Source: an uncultured Holophagales bacterium (GTDB lineage: Bacteria > Acidobacteriota > Thermoanaerobaculia > Multivoradales > UBA5704). From it: 64,000 nt of DNA. The notes under the pieces are model-generated. The model was not told the DNA's origin, ran no database searches, and saw only the letters and a list, made by a program, of their open reading frames with translations. The position numbers were made by a program, and so were the translations under genes. Where the stretch lies: NCBI GenBank assembly GCA_963842525.1, contig CAWJGT010000001.1, forward strand, positions 352,001-416,000, given 5' to 3'. Below, one piece after another: positions 54,743 to 64,000 of the stretch (positions within the stretch are counted from its first letter, which is position 1; every line of letters starts with the position of its first letter).

Positions 54743-57700
54743 ATGCGACGGCCGGCAATCCTGAAGATGTTCTCCGGGCGCAAGGAGCGCTCCGAAGAGT
54801 CGGAGCTGCGGACTTACCTCGAAACCTATCGCTCCTTGCTGACCACGCAGCTCGACGTTCGCCGGTTCGCTGAGGAGGTCGAGGAGCTGAGGGACCGGAA
54901 CGATCAGCGCGTGCGGGCGTCCAAGAGGAACGAGCTCGCCTACATCTACCTCTATTTCTCTCGGCTGGTGCGCGGAGAGGTTGCGGGCGGGGCGGAAATC
55001 GAAGGGATCGACCGGATCTTCTTTTTACCCCTGGATCCGAACGAGCGCATCGCCTTTGTGTCCCACCGCAAAATGGACGAGGAGGAGCCTGCCGCCGAAA
55101 GAGACCAGACGGTGTTCGAGTTCTTCCAGTTGCCCGCGAAAGACCGCGGGTGGGGCGGCGCAGGTTCGGCCGGAAGTGACGTCGACGCCACCAGCCTGGA
55201 CCTCGATGGGGTTGACAGGGATTTTTCAGGGCTTCTGGCGGTGATCGAGAAGGAAGTCGGACGGCCGAGCGGGAGCCTGCTGATCATACGGCAGACGGTC
55301 CCCGATACGCCGGCCTGTCTTCTCGTGATCACTTCGCTGCGGGGTGGAAGCGGAGCTGAAAAGAGCTTCGGTGAGGACGATGAGAAGGACCTTTCGGCCT
55401 TGACCCGTATGTTCTTTCAGACATACCGCTCGGTCCGGCTGGCGAGCTTCACGGAGGCCTATCGGGAGCTCGTCAACGACAACCTGATCCTGCCGACGCA
55501 GTGGAGCGAAATCGAGGCCACGAAGGAGGAGAACCGGATCGATGCTCCGGAGGGCATGTCGATCCGTTCGTTCGCACCATTCCTCTGTTTCTTCTGCGAC
55601 TCGCTGTCGCGCGCCGACGTCCTCCCCGAGATGGACAACGCGTTCTTTTTCCCGCTCAACAGCCAAGTGTACTACCTGTATCACAACGTCGCCCCGGCGA
55701 TGCGTCCCAAGCTGAACGCAAGGCTCCAGGTCGGCCACCTGAAGATCGAGGACGAAGAACGCCGGGAGGTTTTCCAGAGCATCCGCAGCCACCTGGCGGA
55801 CACGAGGCCTCCAGCGCAGGAGGGGACGCGGGAGGATCGGTGTCGGGGGATGTACGCGGATACGCTCGAGCTCCTGTACACGGCCGCCTCGCCGGACGCC
55901 GGCACCAGGAAGCTTCAGGGAAGCCTGACAAGCGTCGAGAAGAGGATCAAGAGCTATCTGACGGCGCTCAAACAGCAGGATGAGCACAGGGCCTCGCCGC
56001 TCTTCACCGCCATCGAAGTGGCTCTCTTCGGAACGGTCCACTGGGATGAGTGGGGCCTGGACAAGATGGACGAGCGTTTCCTCACTTATCAGGAGGCCGC
56101 ATCCGTGCCGGCCGACCAGGGGGTCGCGTCCGTGCCGGCCGACGAGAGCGGGTCGTTCGGACGCACGGGCAGCCTTCTCGCCATCACCATTCTGGTTGAT
56201 CACCTGCCCCTGGGCATCCTGTTCATCAATTCGTTCTTGTCCGGAGCCTTTGGAGAAGAGGACCAGCGTGACATCCAGGCGATCAGCCGGGGTTATTTCC
56301 AGACCTTTCAGACACGTATGCTGGCGGACATCGTCAACGAGTATCAGAAGCTCGGATCGAGCCTTTCGGTCTCCGCCCTGAAGCGGGACAAGAGCCTGAT
56401 CCCCGAGGACGTCCGTGAGCCTCTCGCGCTCTACTTCGAGCGTATGTTCCAGGGATTTGAAGACCTCGAGGTCGGCGCCTTCCTCGCGGTGGACCGCGAC
56501 AGGCTCTCTGTCTATCAAAAGTCTGCCCGTGGTGGCGTGGCGGGCAGGCGCGTCGAGCTGCGCAGCGAGCCGAGAGGCTCAATACCGGCGGACAGGGCAC
56601 CTTGGGAGAGGTGCTCGCCAGGGAGATCCGAAGTGCCCCCACGGACGGGACGAACCGGCCCATGGGATGGTTTTACCGCTGGGCTCTCCTCCGCTCCCTC
56701 GCGCCGGAGCATGAGGTGCTCGCGGCGTATCCTCTGAACGACATCCCGGTCCGGCTCTTCGGGGCGGAGGAGTACGTGCAGAGCAGCAGCGAGCCGAAGC
56801 TGCGCTCGGTGCTTGTATCTGCATGTTTCGAGGCCAGCATCCTCGACGAGGACTTCCCCTTCCTGCGGCAACTGCTGCGCCAGGTCACAGGCGCCGATCT
56901 CCTGCGCTCCCATACGGGCTCCGTCATCGCTCTGGCGCTCTTCTACGATGCCCTGCCGGCAGGGTTGATCCTTCTCTGCTCCTCCAGTTTTCCTTGCCTT
57001 CACGACCCGGATCGAGGAACGCGACGCCTCCATGGCCACGCGTGCCTTCTTCCTGCCGCTGCAGATGGAAGCACGGGAAGAGGTGATTCATGCCTATCAG
57101 AACATCCTCGGCGAAGGGAGCGGGCAGCATCAGGAGTTCTTCGATCTGGTCCGGGACTTCCTCATCGCAATGGCAGAGTCCCTGCCCACGATGCAGGCCG
57201 GCCTCTTCTTCTCCCTGGACCGCGACGTCCTCGTCTCGGTGACCGTCGGTCCGGACAGGGTACCTGTTCCCGAACGGTGGACCGGCCGCGCGCTTCAGGA
57301 TTTCGGACAGGCGTCGGACCTTCTCGAGGATGAGTTGGAAGGCAAGATCGAGAAGATCGAAAGCAGGGCTCGCGGCCTGGAAGCTCCTGCGGAAAAGGGC
57401 GATCCGAAGGCACAATCCGAGCTCCGGGATGCCGATGTCCTGCACCTCTATCTGCGAGGGGTCCTTGACCTCTTCCAGGGGAGTCGAAAACCCAAGGACT
57501 ACGATCTGGGTCGCCTGGTCGAAAGGATTTTCGATCGGCCCCTGCCTGCGGAGCTGAAAGACGCGCAACGGTCGGACATCAACATCGGCCTGCGTTCCCA
57601 CATCCACGTCCGGGCCTGGTCGAAGTGCCGGTTCCGCGAGACCTTTTCCTATCTCCATCGGGTCTTCGCGTTGGAGGAGAGAGATCCGATGGCGCGCCGG

Positions 57701-59990
57701 GCCACGGAGATCTACGAGCAGCACTGGAAGGGCGGCGGCGCGCTCCTCGCGGTCCTGGTGCTCCAGGAAGGGTTGCCGATGGGCATTGCTCTCCTGGCTT
57801 CGCCGATCGAGGGCTCCTTCACGGAGCATGAGCGAATCGACGTCGACCGGAGCGCGCGGGCGTTCTTCTCGGAAGGCCAAGTCCACCTGCGCGACGAGAT
57901 CATCCTGGCCTACCGCAACATCGTCCGCGGAATGCTCTCCGAGGCGGGAGCCCAGGAGCACATCGAGAGGTTGAAGGACAGAAACGAGAAGCTTCGTGCT
58001 GCCCTGGAAGATGAGCTCGCGGGTTATCTGGCCGTTTTCATGGATGTGATGTTCAAGGCGTTTCGCGCCGATCCGCCATCGACGATCCTGTTCCTGCCGT
58101 TCACGGACCAGACGCTCTATGTCGGGCAAACAGGGGAAGAGTCCGCGTCCTGGCTGAACCGGCTGGAGAAGACGGGCATCGAGGGGATCGGGCAGGATCT
58201 GCCGGCAGGGACGGCATGGAGCGGTTTCATCGGCGATTGGCTGTATGATCTCTACAAGGACATCCAGGCGCAGAAACCCGGGCTGCCTTCCGAGCCTCCC
58301 AACAGCCCGTCGGAAATCCTTTCTGTGCTGCGTGCGGACACGGACACCGCGCTCGCCACCTTCATCTTCAGCGGGCAGAGATATGACGATCCTCTCCAGG
58401 AAGTGCACCGCCATGCCTACCTGGCTCCCTTCCAGAAAGTCCTGGTCGGCGAAGCTCCCGAACGGGAGGCCGCTTCCCTGCTGGTGACAGCCCTTCTCTA
58501 CGACAACCTGCCCGCAGCCGGCCTCCTCATCATCCATTCGCCGGTTCCCTGGCGCTTCCGGAGCAGGACCGGTTGGACGTCGAATCCGTATCCCGGGCCT
58601 TCTTCCTCACCTATCGCTCCGTCCGCCTGCGGCGCGAAGCCACCCGTGCCGCCCGGCTTAAGGGCATGCAGGACATGCTGCTTGGAGTGACGCACCGTTT
58701 GAAGAACGATCTCGAGCCCACTCTGGGTGTGATCGACTCGCTCCGCAAGATCGTCAATCTGGATTCGAGACAGATCCCGGGCGAGGTCCGGGAGCACGAG
58801 CGATTCGGGCTGCTCGAGGCGGGCGAGCTCGGCATCGCCCAGGTGAAGAAACGTTTCGAGCTCCTCCGTTCGGTCATCTCGGACTCGTCTCACGTCCGCA
58901 GGGCACGTCCGCTTCGCCATCTCGCAGAGCAGTTCGAGAAGCATGTCGGGGATTACAAAAGGCGTGTCCCCTTGCGCCAGGCGAGGTACAGGACCGAAAA
59001 GGTCCGGCTGTCTCTGAACGATGCGACGCCCGAGCCTTTGAGCCCGCTCGGGCTCTCTGCCGACCGCATCATCACGGATCTGGAAGAGACCTGGATCGAT
59101 GTGTCGGATGGCCTGGACGAGGTGCTGGCTATCTATGCCGAAAACGCTGTCAAGGCTGTCGCGGGACCCCTCCAGCGAGACAGACACGATCCATCTCTGG
59201 TGCCTGCGCAATCCGGAGAGCCCAGACCGGATCGATCTCCTCTTTTATGACCGGGTGCTCATACCCCAGGAGAAGATCAGATACATCCGCAACAAAGAAG
59301 TGATCCCCATGGAAGTCGGAGGCGGGAGTGGAACCGGGCTCTACAATGCGGGGAACCTCCTGAAGCTGAACGGAGACGGCGAGCAGAAGGTCGACTCGAG
59401 CGAGCAGATCCGCGGCACCGCCCTTTGGCTGACGGTTCGAACGGCTTCGGGTCGAGTCCGTGGAAGTCAGCTCGGACGAGCTCGTCGAGAACATCGAACG
59501 CTGGCGCGAAGCGGTCCAGCGCGTCGCTGGCGGAGACTCCATCGAATGGAGCCCACCGGAGCGGCTCGCACCCGCCCGGCAGGTGACGCTCTACGACGGC
59601 AGCTACATCTGGCGCGAAGAGCTGATGCCTATCCTGCTCCAGATCTTTTTGCAGAGGCACCAGAACCTGCGGCAGAAGAAAAAAGAACCCGCTCTCTATC
59701 AAGTTTCGATCCGGATCTTGCCGGCGGACGATGGAGGAGTTGTTGTCGAGCTCCACGACAACACCCGCTCAGGTTTCACCAGGGACTATGCTCCGGAGGA
59801 GCATCAGAAAGATCAGTTTGAACGCAACCACAATGCTCCCAGCAGGATGGGTCCGTCGGGTGCTGTGGGAAGCTGGTTCGTGGCGATGCAGGACCGTTTG
59901 TCCCGGCATCTCGGGGTCGATCTATCCTTCGGAAAGACCGCGGACCGGTATACATCGATTACCCTGAGAGTGCCGCCTGCGCCGCACTAA
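54743..59990 (+). CDS. Giant soluble histidine kinase: five GAF-like repeats, HisKA, HATPase and a second HATPase-like domain (about 5 frameshifts)
   Basis: GAGGAGG SD; joined from ORFs 54671.., 56602.., 57032.., 58573.., 59099.. and 59460..; H-box VTHRLKNDL, N-box ENAVKA, G2 box GSGTGL, terminal GT.L.L.V. Confidence 0.7.
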
Positions 59991-60012
59991 GTCGACCGGA
60001 AAGGAGAGTGCT

Positions 60013-60396
60013 GTGCGAGTACTGATCGTCGAGGATGGGAACGACGTAGCCCTGCGGTACAAAAGGGAGCTTGCGAGGCATGGATTCGAGTCCCAGGTGG
60101 CCGGGGATGTAGCGACTGCCAAGAGGCTGGTTGAGGAACTAACGTTCGACGCCGCTCTGGTCGATATGGGGCTTCCCCGCGATATCGCATCTCTCGATCC
60201 TGAGGAGACCCGGGACAATCCCGAGAACGGTCTCCGCTTGTTGGATTGGCTCTACGAGGAGATGGGGATTCCGGTCTTCGCCCTGACGGGAACTCTTGAT
60301 CCGGAAAAGATGAGGTATATTGAATGCCCCCTGATCCCGAAGCCGGTCAATGATTTCGAGAAAGAGGTCATTGCTCTTCTGAGGAGGCTGCAATGA
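60013..60396 (+). CDS. Single-domain response regulator (CheY-like)
   Basis: VLIVED, LVDMGLP phospho-Asp, NG..LL, ALTG, KP; AAGGAG SD. Confidence 0.88.
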   Translation: MRVLIVEDGNDVALRYKRELARHGFESQVAGDVATAKRLVEELTFDAALVDMGLPRDIASLDPEETRDNPENGLRLLDWLYEEMGIPVFALTGTLDPEKMRYIECPLIPKPVNDFEKEVIALLRRLQ

Positions 60397-60414
60397 GCCG
60401 CCAGGGAGCAACCC

Positions 60415-61323
60415 ATGGATGGAGTCGTCATGACCGCGAGCCCTGACGAGCGCAAGCGCGCGGCGTTGCAACGTATCCGAGGAGAAGGCATGGACGAAGT
60501 ACGCGAGCACGCGTTCTTTATTGGAGAGGCCGCATCTGGCCTCGCGGAAGCGTACAGAGGCCGTCGCTACGCGGTCCAGACAGCTCCTGGCCTCATGGAG
60601 GGGCGCCAGCTCCTTTCCGAAACATTCCCGGCACAGGGGAAGTCGCCGAAAGTTCTCCTCGTCGTCGCCGTCGACTCTGGGCATGCAGGGAGTCTCGATC
60701 CACTGCGGCGTCTTGTCGAGCCGCTCGACCGGCTCCTGGGAGCCGACCCCCGGATGGTGTTGCTCGGTGAAGCGCGTCTCGGCGATTTCAGCTCGGTCCG
60801 CAGTCTACTGTGGTCCCATGTCGTGGACTGGTTCTCGGCGGATTTGGAGGAGGCGACGGCGCTACGGCGCCTGGACCGTGCGTGGCGGAGGAATAGCTTC
60901 CGGCACCGGCTGCTTGGCCTCGGGCTCGTGTCGGGGGCACCGGTGCACGTGGTGACGCATCACAAGACGCGGTTGCAGATGGCGAAGGACATGAGGCTGG
61001 ATCAGCTTTCGAAGGAACCGCTCTTCCGCTCCGCCGTCAAGGGGACCACAAACGGCCCTTCCTGGGACTCTTTCGCCGAAGATCTGTACTGGGAGCTCTG
61101 GGCATCCATTCAGGACAGCCCTGAGGAATGGGCGGAGTCCTTCGATCTGGGACAAGCGCGGCTCGAGGCTCTGAAAGCGTCAGGGCTGGGCAGTCAGGAA
61201 AGCCGGCTGTTGCTCCTTCGCTTCTGGTGTGCGCTCCTTGCGGAGCGGATGGAAGGGGTCATCGACATGACCCGCAAGGATCTGAGGGGAGCTCGAAGAG
61301 TATGTCGAGGCTCTCGAGTGTGA
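60415..61323 (+). CDS. Hypothetical protein with a probable degenerate receiver domain and helical C-terminus
   Basis: Alternating beta/alpha pattern AFFIGE, VLLVVAVD, MVLLGE, VVDWF, L.RL.RA.RR, without the KP motif. Confidence 0.55.
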   Translation: MDGVVMTASPDERKRAALQRIRGEGMDEVREHAFFIGEAASGLAEAYRGRRYAVQTAPGLMEGRQLLSETFPAQGKSPKVLLVVAVDSGHAGSLDPLRRLVEPLDRLLGADPRMVLLGEARLGDFSSVRSLLWSHVVDWFSADLEEATALRRLDRAWRRNSFRHRLLGLGLVSGAPVHVVTHHKTRLQMAKDMRLDQLSKEPLFRSAVKGTTNGPSWDSFAEDLYWELWASIQDSPEEWAESFDLGQARLEALKASGLGSQESRLLLLRFWCALLAERMEGVIDMTRKDLRGARRVCRGSRV

Positions 61324-61346
61324 TTTTCTGCAGGAAGGGGAGGACA

Positions 61347-63022
61347 ATGAGTGACCCGCATGAGTACGAAGTGACCCCAGGGCTTCCGGAAGGCAAGCTC
61401 GTCCTGGTGATCGATGATGACAAAAACTTTCGGCAGCTCTGCATTGGCAAGCTCAGGAGGGCTCTGACGGAGCGCGCACCGGAAGAGAAGGATTTGAAGC
61501 TCCTCCCAGCGGGTTCTTTGGAGAAGTTCCAGGCCATTCTCAAGATGCTGGAGGCCGACAGCCGGAAAGGCGATCTCGTCTATGCGCTCGTCGACCTTAA
61601 GCTGCCGGCAACGGAACGGCGTGAGGAGCCGAATCAGGCGCCCGCGACCGAGAACGGCAGGGATGTCTGCCGGGCGCTGCGGGAGTGGAACGTTTTGCAT
61701 CTGCTGGTGTCCGGGGCCGGTCGTTCTGATATCGACGAGGTCGTCATCCCTGATCAGATGGACTTCCGGTCCAAGGACGACTTCAACGACCAGGAGACAG
61801 TCAAGGAGATTGCCGAGAGGGATCCTTTGCGCCAAACACAAGACACCGATCATCAGCCTGGATTACTGCGACGTCATCGCTTCTCCGGTCGAAGAACGGG
61901 GGCAGATGAGGCGCCTTCCCCTGGCCTTCAGGTCTTCGTCGATGCGAAGTCTGCGCAACCGCATCCTTGGCAGGGTGGCTCGCGAGGCGGCCTCGGTCCT
62001 GTTCCTCGGTGAGCCCGGTGTCGAATTCGAGCAACTGGCTTGGCTGCTCTTCCGGGAGATCACGCGGAACGGCACTGGACCAGAGCAGGCTCCCAGGTAC
62101 CAGTACCGCATGTTCAACTGCGAGGGTGGAGCATCTCCCATCGATCTGCTTAGGGAGAGTGAGAGACACCTCGATGACCCGCAGGGTCAGCGGCCGCCTA
62201 CATACTTCTTCATCAGAAACCTCCACGTTCTCGACAAGGCCAAGCTCGCGCAGTTTTGCGACGAGCTTGGGAGCTCCTCCAGAGTCCGTCTCGGCGGAGA
62301 CCGCGTTGTCCTGACCCTTTACAAGGGCAAGGGGGATGGAACAGAAAGGCTCCTCGACCTGTTCTGCCTGGCCGGTTTTGATGACTTCGTCCTCCTGGAT
62401 GTTCCTGGGCTTTCCGGGAAGCGGCGCGAGGACATTGAGGTCTATGCAGAATACTACCGGCGCCAACGTACGGATCAGCAGGACAAAACCGTCCGGTTTC
62501 ACCCCTTGGCGCTGAAGCTCATCAAGGACTTGGACTACAAGAGACACTTCAAGGACCTCTCCATCTTCCTGGATGGCCTTTTCCGGGCCGTGGGAGGAGG
62601 TATGATTACCGCGAAGGTCGTCCGCTCCGCTCTGCCAAGCCAGTTCGTGCAGACAGCGGTCCAGGAAATCCTGGACCATATCCTGACGACGGACGCCGAG
62701 GATGAGGAGGCGACCGCGTGGTCTCCAGGCCGTCTTCACGAGATCTGCTCGCAGACTCCTCGTACACCGCGGAGATCAGGAGTCCTCGATGGGCGAGGAC
62801 GAGGCACTGGATCAGTTCTACCAGGAGCTCGAGAGGATTGACGAGGCGCTCCAGCAGGCGAGCCGCCTGGGTACGGAAGGAAAAACGCTGATGGAGGAGC
62901 TCAAGAAACAGAGCCCTGGCTTCTGGCCGTGGAACCGGTACCCATTCTGTCCTCGCCTGATGAAGCATCTCCAACGGAACGGTCTCACGGTGGGCCTCGT
63001 CGAAGTCGAAGCCAAGCCGTGA
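61347..63022 (+). CDS. Receiver plus degenerate sigma54-activator-like AAA+ domain (frameshifts near 61820 and probably 62720)
   Basis: VLVIDDD, LVDLKLP, LVSG; then S.SMR.L, SVLFLGEPGVEFE, FNC, YFFIRNLH.L, VP.L..RREDI. The last 78 codons may be a separate gene from ATG 62789. Confidence 0.68.
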
Positions 63023-64000
63023 AAGCGAATTCGCCCGCCAAGCCGCTGGTCCTCGTCGTGGACGACGATCCCGCCGTCCGTCTGGAGACCTTCTTCGATC
63101 CCGAGCGCTTCGAAGTGGTGCGCTGTTTCGATTGCGAGAGCGCGATCGACGAAATGATTCAGCGTCTGGAAGCTGGAGACGGGGAGGCGTGCTTCGCCTT
63201 CGTCGACATCGTGCTGCCGATCCATCGGGGCTCCAAGGAGATGGACCCCCGGGCCGGCCTCCTGCTCATGCAGGAGCTCAAGCAATTGCGGCCGGGCATC
63301 TTCCTCGTCCCGATTACAGGAAAAGGATGGGGGACGGAGGCCGCCTCGAAGCGTCGGGATCCTCGACGAGGCGAGGACGATCGGCATCTGGGAGTACATC
63401 TCGAAGCCCGTGACGCGGAACGAGGTGCTGGCGGTCGTCGAGAGGGCGATCCGGCAGCACGAGCCGGAAGACGGGGAGGGGAAGGATGCCCTCCTCAAGC
63501 GCTATGCCGTGAGCTTCGGCGGAGGAGAGGTCCGCTACATCGTCAGCGGCGACAAGGTCATGCAGGACGAGGTGATCGGACGGATCGCCATGGAGGGGCC
63601 GAGCGACACTCCCGTGCTGATCAATGGCGAGACCGGTACGGGCAAGGAGCTCGTGGCCCGGGCGATCCACCAGGCGAGCGGGAGGAGGCGCTTCCTCTCG
63701 GTCAACTGCGCCGCAATCCCGGATTCGTTGATCGAAAGCGAGCTCTTCGGGCACGAGAGGGGCGCCTTCTCGGGTGCTGACGGGCGGAGGACCGGGAAGT
63801 TCGAGCTCGCCGACGGCGGGACGATCTTCCTCGACGAGGTCGGCGATCTGAGCCCACCGGCTCAGGCGAAGCTGCTCAGGGTGCTGCAGGAGCAGGAGCT
63901 CGAACGTCTCGGAGGCACGGAGACGATCAAGGTCGACGCCCGCGTCGTGGCGGCGACCAACCAGGATCTGGAAAACATGATCCGGCAGGGACGTTTCCGC
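63019..64000 (+). CDS. Sigma54-dependent response regulator (NtrC-like), frameshift near 63340, runs off the window
   Basis: [18 protein letters not shown]; [59 protein letters not shown]; GTGA overlap with the upstream stop. Confidence 0.9.

Overview
High-GC bacterial chromosomal segment. Gene content and intergenic repeat families suggest Acidobacteriota (Thermoanaerobaculia-like), which is inference only. Many single-base indels break housekeeping genes (queD, gltA, hslV, trmFO, nth, an M13 peptidase), as expected from an unpolished long-read assembly, so split ORFs were rejoined by eye. In order the window holds: an ECF sigma / ZAS-FecR anti-sigma / double ABC operon; two PIN-type TA pairs; small metabolic genes; acnA; a decayed accessory patch at 19.5-23.1 kb (RhuM, TPR and HNH remnants, attC-like sites, a 102-bp higher-order repeat); a DUF3179-like selenoprotein with in-frame UGA (UxxC) and a SECIS-like hairpin; a MacAB-like efflux operon; gltA; a Fur-headed iron uptake plus flavinylation operon; and the trmFO-xerC-hslVU-lipoprotein-dapF-tyrS block. 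From 52.8 kb to the window end is a compositionally distinct signalling operon: a membrane protein, a roughly 1750-aa kinase with five tandem GAF-like repeats and two HATPase-like domains, a CheY-like receiver, a pseudo-receiver, a degenerate sigma54 activator and an intact sigma54 activator. This operon is the best candidate for an undescribed system. No rRNA, tRNA, CRISPR array or transposase was recognised.
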